Below, piece by piece: positions 24,563 through 37,984 of a stretch of DNA of 64,000 nucleotides. This DNA comes from Callorhinchus milii. Lineage: Eukaryota. Position numbers and translations under genes: made by a program. Each line of letters opens with the position of its first letter. Within the stretch, counting starts at the first letter, position 1. Below the pieces are notes generated by a model, which saw only the letters and a list, made by a program, of their open reading frames with translations, was not told the origin of the DNA and did not search any database. Location of the stretch: the NCBI RefSeq assembly GCF_018977255.1, contig NW_024704743.1, positions 77,130,001 through 77,194,000 on the forward strand. The letters are read 5' to 3'.

Positions 24563-25295
24563 AATAATAATACCAATGAGCAACCTGGTATTCTCTTTCT
24601 TCCCTCACATCTCCCTATCTTGACTAAGATAGCTTTTTTTACATCTTCTTCACATTGTCTGCCTCCATTCCTTTTTCATGCCTAACTTGGCCTTTGTCAC
24701 CTCCAGACTTTTCAAATACCATACACAACCTCCAACTCACCCAAAACATGTTAGGAATCTAGTTTCCTTCTATTATGTGATGACCAGAATGAAAATGGTC
24801 ATTATAGGGCTTCAGTTGAAACAAGCTCATAACTAGAGAGCAATAAACGTTGAGAGGTGGGGGCAGACTTGCATTGAAAGAGACCATTCATAAGAATCCT
24901 GGACTCTCACAGTTTAAAACTGTACCCTGCAAGGTGGTATTGTTTTATGTGAATAATATTCTGTATTATTTTTCTGTCTTTAACTAAGGCTTTATACTCT
25001 GGAATGCATACTGTATACTTTAGTCATTTATTCTGTTACATTAAAGAATCATGATTTGGATAAAACACTGCAGTCTGAGAGAGTATGGATATTTCATCCC
25101 ATAAAGAGGAGAGTGTGAGCAATTTATCTTGATATTCTGTTGTCGAATCTAGGATCTGAGGTTATCATTTTTGCCTATGGTTGGGATTCAAAGATAAGGC
25201 TGCATTTAAAAACGTGCAAAATTCTGGATACTCTGAAATGTTACATAGAGTCAATCTAGATCCAGGTGGAACTTATCCCCAATAAATAATCCTTA

Positions 25296-25645
25296 TAATA
25301 ATCCTTGCATTTAGTATAGCGCCTTTCATGTTGGGAGGATTTCTCAATGTGTTTCACAACATTTACTGTAAAGTGGAGTGACTGCATTTTGTGGGAGAAT
25401 GCAGCAGCCAATTTGCACACAGCAATGTTCCGCTATAAAATGAATGGCATTTTTTTATTTATTTTTTATTTGGGTGATTGTTGGCCAGGACATTGGTAAT
25501 AGCTCGCTTTTATTTTTAAATAGTTATGGGAATTAGATATGGATGCTATGGGAACATCCACCTGAACAGGCAGACAGGAATTCGGTTTAGTTTTTCATCT
25601 GAAGCACACGCAACCCAGCACTATATTGAAGGGTCAACATAGACT
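25296..25645 (-). mobile_element. Older Deu-core SINE fragment
   Basis: L2-type tail plus reverse Deu core (AACATCCACCTGAACAGGCAGAC). Confidence 0.6.
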
Positions 25646-25856
25646 GTATGGCTATGCAGTATAAAGTCAGTGGTACACTATTTTTGATCTACCTAAAAAG
25701 AAAAACGGCTTCTGAGTGCATTCAATAATCTGAAATAAGATCCTAAATTCATGACGATAACGCTCAATCACAATTTGGCAGAACTCCCTTATCTTTGATT
25801 TGAATTTTTTCTTCTTACCTTGTAATTTTCTCTGAAAGTCTACATTCACTTCATAC

Positions 25857-25980
25857 TAATAATAATGATAAAAATCCTTGCATTTGATATAGCGCTTTTC
25901 ATGTCTTCTAGACGTCTCAAAGCGCTTCATAGAATATGCTGTGAAGTGAATTGACTGTATACTTGTGGGCAAAATGTGGC
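25857..25980 (-). mobile_element. SINE 3' tail fragment
   Basis: CCTTGCATTTGATATAGCGCTTTTCATGTCTTCTAGACGTCTCAAAGCGCTT, family tail. Confidence 0.8.
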
Positions 25981-26786
25981 AAAATTCTGTCAAGATAGTG
26001 GTTTTGCATAATCAATTAAAAATGACCTGTGAATGGATTTTTAACAGCTGCAAAGGAAAAGTCTTGAGTACAGATTCTAATGTACAAATTTGGCAGTAGT
26101 TAGCCAAACCTATGTAGTCCAAACCATTTATTAATAGTGTGGGTTTTGAAATTGTGTATGAATAGTCTGGTCCTTTTCACTTTTTAATGAAATGATTCCA
26201 TATAAAATGTTATACAACACATAATAACTGGTGCACAATAACAATGTATAATCATATATCACGAGGGTCTTATTCTGTGCAGCAAAATTGCTGGCTGTGC
26301 ACTTATAACAAACTGCCATGAAATTTTAAAATGTTGTAACTAAAGGTACAAACGTGAAATGTAATTCTTGTTATTTATAAATGGTAACATGCTTACTAAA
26401 CCTGGCAAGCAGAGCAAATTGCCCCTCCATATATTTTTAAGAACAACCAGTGTGTACTTATGAGTAGGTGACTGTGGAGATGTAATTGTGTTACAGCATC
26501 TTTTAGTGTTCTGTGATTTAACCATTTAGTCATGATTTCTATCCTCAATATTGTGGGATATAAAAGGAATCAATTGGTCTACTAAAAGGAAGCTAACTCA
26601 AAATAGTCAATGATAGAGTTGGTCTCTATCATTTGGAGAATCAGGAGAACAAACTGCACTGAGGACTGTGCTTTGTAGTGCTTGTTTTAATTCAGAAGCC
26701 AGAAAGCTTGTGATTGTCATTAGGAAAAATAACTATTGTATAATTCTTCAACACTTTGATAGATCAACAGGGAAGAGATGAGAGAT

Positions 26787-27107
26787 TAATAATAATAATA
26801 ATAATCCTTGCATTTGATATAGCGCTTTTCACGTCTTCTAGACGTCCCAAAGCGCTTCACAGAATATACTGTAAAGTGAATTGACTGTATATTTGTGGGC
26901 GAACGCAGCAGCCAATTGCGCACAGCAATGTCCCACAAACAGTCATGGATTGAAAATGACCAATTTATTATTGTTTTGTTTTTTTGGAGGGATTATTATT
27001 AGGCGTGTGGAGTAAGGAAACTTGCCCAAGGTTTCGCCCTGCCGGGAATTGAACTCAGGTCTCTCACTTGCAAAGCGAGTGCTCTAACCACTGAGCTACA
27101 GGACTCC
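26787..27107 (-). mobile_element. Young tRNA-Ala-derived SINE, full length
   Basis: Nearly identical to 18201-18515; GATTA on both flanks may be a short TSD. Confidence 0.9.
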
Positions 27108-27879
27108 GATTAGTAGGCAGTTGATGACTAACCCACCAAATGTCTTCCCCAAACATTGTGATACTATTAAATGTTCTCAGCGGTACCCGAGTAGAGAGTT
27201 TCAACAGGTCTTTGTTGTAAGATAAACGTCCTTTTTTTACAGGAAGCCTTTAGCTAATGATCATAACTACATCATCTTTCACCCACATGTTTAAAGGGGT
27301 GCCTTCTATCAGGCTTAATGCTGGCCCTCTTATTGGGTTCTTTGGCTATGACACAAGCTTAGTGACGAGCTGCCAAATGATTGTCGTAGCCGACTTTGTT
27401 TCATGAAGGTATTGATTAGATTTATAACTAACCACTTCCCCAATTGTTTGCTATATTGATCCATTTTGTGCCAAAGACAAATTGTACATACTAAGAAACC
27501 GTGTAGAAGCCAAGTATAGTGTGCATGAAAATGATGCAGAACACTAAATTAAAGAGGAATTGGGGCCATTTTTTTAGATAAAGAGTGAAACTACTACTTA
27601 AGCGCTCTGATTCGTCGTCCAGCGTGGAGGGCGCTATATAAATCCAAGTTGTTGTTGTTGTTGTTGTATCTACAGAGAAAAAGCTTACCAGGAACATTGT
27701 CCAGGATTATTGTGAAAACAGACTGTGTATTTTCATATATTGAAATTTATATTCTATCATAACAATCAAACCATATTGCAGAATTAGATGTTTTATTTGA
27801 ATATCCAAGCAGTGGGTAATAGAGGCAACATATACATAACCAGAAAGCAAAGAGTGGAAAAAGACCCATTGGATCATTG

Positions 27880-28199
27880 CGTCCTGTAGCTCAGTGGTTA
27901 GAGCACTCGCTTTGCAAGTGAGAGACCTGAGTTCAATTCCAGGCAGAGGGCCAAACCTTGGGCAAGTTTCCTTACTCCACACAGAGCCTAATAATAATCC
28001 CTCCAAAACCAAAACAATAATAAATTGGTCATTTTCAATCTAAGACTGTTTGTGGGACATTGCTGTGCGCAATTGGCTGCCGCGTTCGCCCACAAATATA
28101 CAGTCAATTCACTTTACAGTGTGTTCTGTGAAGCGCTTTGGGACGTCCTCCCGACATGAAAAGCGCTATATCAAATGCAAGGATTATTAATATTATTAT
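27880..28199 (+). mobile_element. Young tRNA-Ala-derived SINE, full length
   Basis: A and B boxes intact, family body and tail. Confidence 0.9.
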
Positions 28200-28663
28200 A
28201 ATCCCTGCATTTCATCTCCCAACCAACAGTTTAGCTGCACCTCTTTTTTGTTGTCAGTCACTCAGTCCCCTTTCACCAGAGACAAAAGAATCTGTGGAAA
28301 CCAAAACACCCCAAGGCTAATTTGAAGGGAAACAAGTCGCACTGGAAAATGATGTATACAAATATTTTAAAAATGTTTAAATTTGGAAATTAATTTTCCT
28401 TGATTTGAAGAAAATTGGAATATCCGACAAATAGTGATTTTTACGAATTAAAGAAACCAGCATGCCTTGATATGAAACATTACATTTTTCACTCTAATAT
28501 GGTCATATGATCAGTAATTTTCATTATTCACTCAATGTGGCCATTTATAACCCCATTTCTATCAATGTTATACCAAGCAGAGCTGCAATAGGAATGGTTT
28601 ACATTTCTTTTTCCAAAGTCTGCATGTTATGATTGCAAAACCCTAAACAATATGTTCCTGATC

Positions 28664-28796
28664 CCAAAAAGCAAAATACTACAGATGCTGGAAATCTGAA
28701 ATAAAAACAGAAGGTGCTGGGAACACACAGCAGGTCAGACAGCATCTATGGAGAGAGGCAAACGTTTCAGGTCTATGACCTTTTGTTAGAACCGCT
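28664..28796 (-). mobile_element. Short Penelope-type non-autonomous insert with hammerhead-like core
   Basis: Flanked by an exact 13-bp direct repeat TATGTTCCTGATC (28651-28663, 28797-28809). Minus strand begins GTT-CTAACAA-A-AGGTC-ATA-GACCT-GAAACGTT. Confidence 0.7.
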
Positions 28797-29264
28797 TATG
28801 TTCCTGATCTCATCCAGTTCACGGCCCAGGAACAAAGTAGAGACCAGACATTTCTCCACAGAAAGAGGAAATATTACCCCCCCACCCTCCCACCCCAGGA
28901 GTGCTCCACCTAATATTGTAGTGTTTAGGTATGGAACAATTAGATAATGAGTCAAACAATGATGCAAAATTTGCAGGATGATTAGGAAAACCATTATATT
29001 TCTGTTAAACCTTAACAGAAAGTTTGTTATTTTCAGGAACGAGAGACAGCTTAAGCTTCAAAAGCTTGAGATTGTAGAAGGAAGAGGAGACTGTAATCAA
29101 TTAGCGTAGACCAAAGTGTGATGACTACTGATTTCAATGCATGACGATACAGGAAAGACAAACATACTTAATGGAGCATTTGGAGCTACAGAGGAACGAG
29201 AGGTGAACAGTCAGAGAAGCAATGATCATTATAGTTTTGTCACAGTCATTCAAGGACCATCAGA

Positions 29265-29435
29265 CACCAAGTGTTTGCTCTTCAACCATGCTTTTGATCT
29301 CCCTGCTACCGCCCCTGCCCCCTCTCACCCACCACCCGACCCTCAGCTCGGGTCCGTAACTCTGTCTGTCCAGCGCCTTGGGACGTCCTCCCAACATGAA
29401 AGGCGCTATACAAATGTAATTTTATTGTTGTTGTT
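29265..29435 (+). mobile_element. L2 3' end
   Basis: LLFNHAF end of ORF2, C-rich UTR, GCGCCTTGGGACGTCCTCCCAACATGAAAGGCGC tail, (TTG)n. Confidence 0.75.
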
Positions 29436-30010
29436 GTACTCTGTGTGAGAGAAGTGCTGGAGGAACTCCCCAAATATGGGAAAACATTCAAACATGGAAG
29501 TAATTGTGAAAGGCGCTCTATAAATGGAATCTTGTTGTTGTTGTTGTAATTCAAACATCTTGTAATTGAAATGGAAATGTTTGGTATGAAGACAAAACCG
29601 AACATTTTGGAGGCTGGTTTAGTAACAGGGAGATTGGAACATTCCATTTGAGATTAAAAAAAATAGTATGGCCCAGAACATTGATATATCAAGAAGGATT
29701 AAGACTTTCGCTGACAAAGATAATATAATAATAATCCTTGCATTTCATATAGAGTTTTTTACGTCTTCTAGACGTCTCAAAACATTTCATAGAATATACT
29801 GTAAAGTGAATTGACTGTATATTTGTGGGCGAAACGCGGCAGGTAAGAGGTGATACCTGTTTGTTAGACTTACAAAAGACAGAAGCAAACTACGCTGAAG
29901 AACTGAAAGAGGCAAGATTATGATTTCCATTGAATGGCATGGAGCAGATCAAGATTCATGATTGAGACATTTGATTAACCTCTTTAATCCTTAATTAATT
30001 AATAATTAAG

Positions 30011-30310
30011 CCTTGCAAGTGAGAGACCTGAGTTCAATTCCAGGCAGAGGGCGAAACCTTGGGCAAGTTTCCTTACTCCACACGTCTAATAATAATCCCT
30101 CCAAAGCAAAACAATAATAAATTGGTCACTTTCAATCCACGACTGTTTGTGGGACATTGCTGTGCGCATTTGGCTGCCAAGTTTCTCCCATAAATATACG
30201 GTCAATGAACTTTACAGTATATTCTGTGAAGCGCTTTGAGACATCTAGAAGACGTGAAAAGCACTCTATCAAATGCAAGAATTGTTATTATTATTATTTT
30301 TATTATTATT
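30011..30310 (+). mobile_element. SINE, slightly 5'-truncated
   Basis: Begins at the anticodon loop (CCTTGCAAGTGAGAGACC); rest matches the family. Confidence 0.88.
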
Positions 30311-32811
30311 TAAGGTAGGTGTTGAAAATCGTGACTTAGTGTGTTTTAATTGATGCATTGTTGAAAAATGTACCCAGGCAATGTCTTAAAAAAATTTAAA
30401 GTAATAATTTGGTCACTTAATCCACGACTGTTTGTGGGACACTGCAGTAATAGGCTGCCGTGTTTTACCCACAAAACATATAGTCAATTCACTTTACAGT
30501 ATAGTCCATGAAGCCCTTTGAGACATCTAGGTGATGTAATAAGGCGCTATAACAAATGCAAGTATTATTATTATATTTATTATCATCTGGTTGCTTTTTT
30601 TCCAGCACAGATTACAATTTTCAGAATAGGCTTATAATATAGTCTGTACTATATTTATAATGATTGAGAAAAAAAGAGTTAGTCTGGCTCTGACCTGTGG
30701 CCAGACTATAATTATAACATTGCCTCACTGGATTTTTCAACATTGTACAATTAACACACAATAGGTTACGATTTTCATTCATGCACTTCAAAAAGATTAA
30801 TGCAAAGACTGAATTTTTAACCTGTTTTACCTCATGGTTGTTTGCAAGACATTGCTACGTGCAAATTGGCTGTGACTTCCACCTACAATGTACACAGTCA
30901 CTACACTTTAAAATAAATTATGTGAAACGCTTTGAAATAATCTCCTGATATGACAGGATTACAAGGACTATTTATAGAAATCCATACAAATTTACCTTAA
31001 AAAAGAATTTATATGTAATTCTGTTAAATTTAGTAATACACTGTACCGAGTTTGAAAGATTGAGTGTAATGCTGAATGATAGAGGAATTAGGCCTATCCA
31101 GCATCAATGTGTTTCTTTGTAAATGGCATTTGTTGGAGATATGTATCTTCCTCAAGAACGAAAGAAAGATAAGTAGCCATATGTTGCATAAGGATAGGTG
31201 CCCTATTCCCAGTGGAAAGTGGTCAGCCCTTTCTAAGATAGTAAGTCGCTCTCTTTCAGGATGGACATACGATCTGCTCACAGAATTCTGATAGGATTGC
31301 CAAGTATACTCTTTGAAAAATGTTAAACTAAACTTTGAGTGTATTTAAAATTCAGGATTTTATTTTATAAAGAAAGACGGGTCAATTACAGAAGTCAGAG
31401 TTTGAGAAAGTTTTAAGAATTTTTTTGTCAAGGGAACATTGGAACAGGAAGAGGCAATCTGATTATGTCAGATTTTTTAATCCCATTTCCTGCCAAGGAT
31501 CTATCTACCTCTCTCCTGTTTAATTGATTTTCCAGCCCTTTTGGGCAGTGCATTCCATATTTTCGCAACCCTCTGTTTGAAGAAGTGCTTTCTGATCTAA
31601 ATTTTAACCCTTCTAGTTTTAATTTTAGGTTTATAACCCTTTGTTTGGGATCTCTCCAACAGAGGTTGAGAGTCGTGCAGCTTTTTTCACTTTTTTAAAC
31701 ACTTTAGTCAAATCACCTTTAATCTTTTCAGCTCCAAGAAATTTAACCTAAGTGTACCCAACCTCTCAGCATAGCTAAACAAAAGTATTAATTTAATGAA
31801 TTATCACTCCCAGGTTATGCTTCAACTGAGGTTCTTGAGGATTCTAGTGAGAAGTAGACTTGCACAGGGGAAGGGGTAAAATTTGGATTAAATTTAGGGC
31901 TACATTTTGTTCACCACTTTACTTTACTTTTCTACTGCACTTTACATTTAGTATTCTATGACTCTACTGATCCTACAGTGCTGGTTGATTGTTATTTGAA
32001 TGTGATTGTTAATTGTTAAATAAGATTATGTATAATTTGGTGAAATGAATCCTCCTTTTGATTTCAGGCATTCCAAGGCAGGACTTTCTTGAATTCCCAC
32101 ACACAGGAGATAAAGGGCATGTCAACTCCACTGAAGAAGCTGGCCTCCACAAGGAAAGCCACTATAGATCAGATATAATTTGTTCAGACAGGATATTAAT
32201 TTTGAATGCCTCTATTTTCCTCCGTAAAGACTTTAGGAGGGGACCCAAATCTTCAAGCCAGCCTCTGGTTGGAATATGAGGAAGCAGGTGTTTCATGTCA
32301 TTACTGTGTCCAAGTCTAAGTGAACTTCATTCTTAGATATCGCAGATAATCCTTTGACCACTTAAAAGCAGGATCCCAGCCAGCCCCTAAAGTCACATTT
32401 TTGACAAAGCAGCAAATCACTCCTAAATTATAAGTTTCTGCGCATGATTTAAACCTTTATTTTTTTTACCCCAAACAAACTTCCTGTGCATTCTTTTTTG
32501 TCCTTGTATTGCTAACGCTCAGAACAAACCTTTGCTCCTGTTTTTGTACCAACAATATACTGTATAGCAGAAAGTGCCAAAACCAAATGGGCCCAAAATT
32601 TTCCAGTCCTAGACAACCTCCTCTCCTTCCTTAAAGAAAACCTAAAATTAATTTTGTACAATCTTTAATTCTATGATCTTGGAAAACACAAACACAGCAA
32701 CAGGGCAGGAGAAGAAACTCAAGAGAACGCTGTCTGAAGGCAAGTCAAAATCCATATGTGAAGCAAGGCACAAAGTCTAGGCTGCAATAAATCAAATTAA
32801 AGGCAAATTAT

Positions 32812-33120
32812 AATTTACTTTCAGGGATATCATATCCTATACCATTGAATAAGTGGTATCTTCAAGTCTGTGTGTCAACCTGGCTCAGTTGGTAGCGCTC
32901 TCACCTTTGAGTCAGAAGAGTCATGTGAGACTTGGAGCTCACATAGTCTGAGATGACACTCCAATGCAGTGCTGGTGGTTTGCTGTATTGTTGAAGGTGT
33001 CGTCCTTCAGATGAGACTTTAAATCGAGGCCCCGTCTGTCTGTTCAGATGGCTGTTAAAGATCACATGACACTATTCAAAAAGAAAAGGGAGTTTCTCCT
33101 GGTATCCTAGCCAACAATTG
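32812..33120 (+). mobile_element. Deu-domain SINE (SacSINE1-like)
   Basis: TGGCTCAGTTGGTAGCGCTCTCACCTTTGAGTCAGAAG head; core GAAGGTGTCGTCCTTCAGATGAGACTTTAAATCGAGGCCCCGTCTG. Confidence 0.75.
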
Positions 33121-33189
33121 CCACCCCACCAAAGAATTGTGGCTGTCAACAGCTTGGATGGCATACCACCACCACCAACACCACCACCA

Positions 33190-33616
33190 ACAGTAAAATT
33201 ACATTTGTAAAGCACCTTTCATGTCGGGAGGACGTCCCAAGGTGCTGGACCGACAGAGTTTCGGACCCAAGCTGGGGGGCGGGATCGGGGAGGATGGAGA
33301 GTAGGGGGGAAGAAGGGAGATCGAAAACATGGTCGAAGAAGAAGGTCTTAAGATGGGTCTTGAAGGAGGCAAGAAAGGGACAAGGCGGAGGGACTGTGAG
33401 ATGGAGTTCCAGAGGGTGGGGGCAGAGTGCAAAGGCCTACCAACCAATAGTGGGGCGAGCGAGGCGGGGGACGTGAAGCAGGCCAGAGCCCACTGAGCGG
33501 AGGGAGCGAACAGGATGGTAGGGGGTTAGGAGGTCGCAGAGGTAGGAGGGAGCAAGACCATAGAGGGCTTTGAAGATGAGGACCAGGATCTTGAACTGTA
33601 TCGTCTGTGTGATGGA
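33190..33616 (-). mobile_element. L2 LINE 3' fragment
   Basis: Encodes IQFKILVLIFKALYGLAPSYLCDLLTPYHPVRSLRS...APTLWNSI. Confidence 0.88.
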
Positions 33617-34039
33617 TACACGTTTACCAGCAAAAATCCCACATCGCTCAAGTATCACGTAACAGAATAAAAATAAAAATAGGCTTTATCCATCCCAGAC
33701 CATCTTACCCATTCAAGCTTTGCCTTTGAAATGTTGAGGACATGTTTGCACATCAAAGTCCCATTCGTGAGTTGGACAAAACTCAGCTATCAACTACGCC
33801 TTGAATTATCAGAGACATCAATCAGCTCCAACTCAACCTTGCAAAGACCTCACTTACCTCCTCAAAGGAGGATACATTTTAAACCAGACTGCATGGTTCT
33901 GTAGTTCAATCACAGTACTTTCTGGTTCCAAGTCCAGTGATCAACTAATTGAATTATCTAGAGATGTTACAACAGTATACAACAGGAGGGAACACACGTA
34001 CACATATGTACACACTCACACAGAGATACAGATTTGGAC

Positions 34040-34500
34040 ACACAACAAAATTACATTTGTATAGCGCCTTTCAAATTGGGAAGACCTCCCAGGGGGCTGG
34101 AAATTCAGTGTTTCGGACCTGAACTGGGGGTCGGGATAGGGAAGGCTGGAGGGCAGGGGGCAAGTAGGGTGACCAAAGCCACGGTTGAAGAGGAGGGTCT
34201 TGATTTGGTTTTGAAGGAGACAAGGGAGGGGCCGAGTTGGAGGGAATCCAGAATGGAGTTCCAGAGGGTGGGGACAGTGTGGCTGAAGGCCCACCTGCCA
34301 ATGGTGGGGTGGGCAAGGAAGCGGACATAAAGCAAGCCGGAGCCTGCTGAGGAGAGGGAGCAGGCAGGTTGGTAGGGGATTAGGAGGTCGCAGAGAAAGG
34401 GGGAAGCAAGTCCATGATGGGCTTTGAAAGTGAGGACCAGGATCTTAAACTGTATCCTCTGTGTGATGGGAAGCCAGTGGAGTTGGGCGAGGATGGGAAA
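34040..34500 (-). mobile_element. L2 LINE 3' fragment
   Basis: Encodes TIGRWAFSHTVPTLWNSI and KTLLFNRGF; L2 tail at left. Confidence 0.85.
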
Positions 34501-36005
34501 AACGGGATCTCATGTGCATTCATTATGCTTAAGAGCGGCATTGTTAGGGTTAAACCAGTGTTCATGATAAAGATATGTGGTAGCAAAAGTGTTCATGAAA
34601 TTGCAGTAAAAGCTTGCCAGAGTTTTGGAAGATATGTCAGTGGTGTGGAGGTCCACTCTGACTCCTTATTAAAAGAAATGATTCATCATGAAGGTACCGG
34701 CTGTTCCAATAGCTCAACAAATCTGTAAAATAGTCATCTGGTGCAAGTACCGCAGTGGTTGACAAATCAGAGCTGGGGCTGCTAAAGTCTTGAGATGAAT
34801 GTTATTACACTGTTGATTGGATGAAGCTGATAACATTCTTATAGCTGTAACAGATAAAGGATATGAAAGTAGAATTCAGAAATGGGATGCTGAACATCTG
34901 TGAATGTTATTTCAGGAGATAAGAAAGTCTGTGAGAACATGCAGCTCCAGAAGATGGAAGACTGAAATGGGGGAGAACATATGCACCATGGACACATCTG
35001 TGTGTTTAAGATGCTTTTATGAACTATGATAAAGGCCAGAAACTAGTAATGAAGAAGTATTAAAAATATCTGAAAAACATGGACCTTTCTGCACTTGAGT
35101 TATGCTGTGCATTCTGAGAGTTCATTTTAGTTTGGGGAAAAAAGGTGGGATCATTAGGCAAAACAGTCCTTAGTAGCCATTCGGGAAATCTTTTCATCTC
35201 AGTTCTTCAGCTATTAGAAGGAATTTGATTTCAGTTTCAACCTAAACAACATTCAAATGGTAAAGGGAAAAGGAATTCTCTTCAGTTAAATGAGCAGTTG
35301 AGTCGATCTCCCAGTTATTCTCTTTGGATGAATAGTTCTCACAGCATAATATTCACAAATATTGTGGGAATATGGAGTGTGCTGGTCCCATAAGAAGGCC
35401 TTAGATGCAGAATCAGTTGGGATACTGAAACATGAGTAGATAAGATCCTTGGGAAGTAAGGGTAATAAGGAACCTGGAGATAAGTGGTGAAATTGAATAA
35501 GTAGGTCTTGTATCATCTAATCCTTGTTAACAAGAGGTGTTCACTCTTTTAAAGTCATAGATCATATTTTCACTCTTTATATATAATTGTACTTTATTCT
35601 TCCACTGAAAGCTCTATATCTCTTCACATAGCATTAGAAATATTGTGTGCAGTTTTCTGCACCTTATCAAACAAAGGATATTGGGACACGGAGAGGATGC
35701 AATCATACATTCACAAGGATGATGTTAGAAATGAAAGGATATAACTATGAGGAGAGGCTAGAGAGGTTAGGACTCTTTCCAATGGATTCGAGAAAATTGA
35801 GGAGTGATATGATAGAGCTTTTTAATATAAAAGGGTTTGAAAAATTAAACTTTTTGCTGATAGGAGATTCAAAGACAAGAAGACAGGAATTCAAGTTTGT
35901 GACTAGGGAAGTAAACCAACAGCAACTTGTATTTATATAACACCCCTCACGCAGGTAGCGTCTCAGAGCACTCAAAGGATATATTCAGAAGAGCTTCCTC
36001 TGGAG

Positions 36006-36249
36006 CAGCGGTCTCCAACCGGTCGATCGCTGTTAGGTGTTATCTCATACTCAATAAAAACAAGAGGAAGTTTACTGCAGTTTAAACAATAAAGTTTATA
36101 TTTTTATTTCACAATGCATGAAACACTTTGTACAGCGTGGTTTTCAATTAGAGTAAATAACTACACAGTTCTATCTGTCGCTCCTCCCTTATCTTTTTGA
36201 TCATGCATGAGAGCGCCACCTAGCGGTGATTGACTTGTTGGAGACCCTG
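36006..36249. mobile_element. hAT (Charlie-like) MITE
   Basis: Imperfect TIRs CAGCGGTCTCCAACCGGTCGATCGC and (revcomp) CAGGGTCTCCAACAAGTCAATCACC. 8-bp flanks CTCTGGAG and TTCTAGAG (6/8 identical, NTCTAGAN-type target). Confidence 0.75.
36211..36228 (-). promoter_or_regulatory. Candidate CTCF core motif
   Basis: Minus strand CACCGCTAGGTGGCGCTC, close to consensus CCASYAGRKGGCRS. Motif match only. Confidence 0.5.
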
Positions 36250-37984
36250 TTCTAGAGGATTGTCCAAGTATGTAGTGGCTGTTAAAGCATAGTCGACTGG
36301 AAGCATTTAAATGAGAATTGATAAACACATGCAAAGGAAGGATGTTAAGAGGATATGGGGAAAGAGCAGGGAATTGGGATTAGAATGGACAGTCTCTTGG
36401 GAGGAGTAAACATTGACTTCAAAATGAGCCAATTGGCCTCCTTCTGTGATGTACATTTCTATGGTTCTATGGTTAAGATTCAAACACCTTTATTCAATTT
36501 CCTCGGTTTAACATTTGAATGAACTTTAGGAGCTGAACTTGGAATTACTGTTCAGAATTGTTTTATTGGGACATCCTCATGACGTGAAAGGCGCTATACA
36601 AAAGTAATTTTGTATTGTATGTGCCAATAACATGAGGCATACACAGGCTTCAACTTGATTGGCGGACACGTACTGCAGGATTATAACCTAGTTCATGTAT
36701 TTGATATCTTCAATGGGAAGTAAAATTTTGTTTAAAATAATGTGCATTTTCTTTTACCCAATTATTTCGTGAATATCATCTGACTATTTGAAATTGGTGG
36801 GTACTACAACCAAGCCTCACCCAGCTTTCTTTCAAACTCCATTTACCCATACTTTCCAACAAGAATCACAAGAGAGAGATAGCCCAGGAGCAGCACCCTG
36901 TCTGATTTTCAATTAATTACTCAGACAGATTGGAGTTCCTAGCCAGGAATAAAACTCATTGTTTTCTCGTCTGCGTGATAGTAATTCCACCACGTGAATC
37001 TTCCACCTATAGATGGTAAATTTCTATGAATAAACTGTCGATAAACATAAGAATCCTAACATCCACCTCTTTGCACCTTTGATATTGTCCACAAAAATAT
37101 CATCACACCACTTTACAGTAAATCCTGTGAAACATTTTGAGATGTCCTCCTGACTTGAAAGGTACTATATCAAATGTAAATATTATTTTTGTTATATTTA
37201 TGGATGTTCTGGGAGATTCACATATATGCCATTTCAATCCAAAGATGCTTTACAGGTAAATGCCAACAGCCCATGTTGGTTCAGCCTCAGGTTAAGGTCA
37301 ACCCTTTATCGTAGATGTAAAGTTGGGGAAATAAGATAAGTGTTGTGCACTCAACAGGTCTTAGAGGCAAACTGCAAATTCAAGATAAGTATTTAATATA
37401 AAGAGACTCTTTCCCCTATTTAGTTTCCAAGTACTAACTCATGTTTATCATCCCATCTACACAGGAAAAACAGTTTTCAAAGGGAATGTTTTCTATTTAC
37501 TGAGAGCAGCTTTGTAGAGACTTGAAGCAGCATTTCTTTCACCAGATGATCATGTTTGATGTTTGCTGGGTTACATGGAGATCCGGATGGTGTGTTTCAT
37601 AGGATGCTCTTTAACATAAAGAAAATCCTCTTCTGTTCTATCATTGGCAACAATTTATTGCTAAAGTTATTCCTTCCCACATCATTTTGCACAAAAAACA
37701 TTCAGTCAATTCACTTTACAGTGCACTACTTTGAAATATCTCAAATACTTGATAAAGCTCTATATCAAATGCAAGGATTATTTTTATTATTATTATCATT
37801 TTGAGAGTCCCTCTGTATGTTAAACAAGAGAAGTAAATTCTCTATCACTGATATAAAGATGCTTACCATTCACTTTGAGGATGAAACAAACTAGACATTG
37901 AAGAAATGCTCTGTGAATTAAATATAAATTATTTCATTCAGAGCAAGGTGTAAAATAAGATAACATTAGCCTATTGATTAGAGT

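Larger units (their letters stand above)
35640..36475 (+). mobile_element. CR1 LINE 3' fragment carrying an L2 tail (about 35915-35975) and a MITE
   Basis: Encodes FTRMMLEMKGYNYEERLERLGLFPMDSRKLRSDMIELF; the CR1 3' end (TTCTATGG repeat) resumes after 36257. Confidence 0.8.

Noticed and set aside
27880..27952. tRNA-Ala gene
   Set aside because: No proper acceptor stem, and it continues into a SINE body repeated many times in the window.
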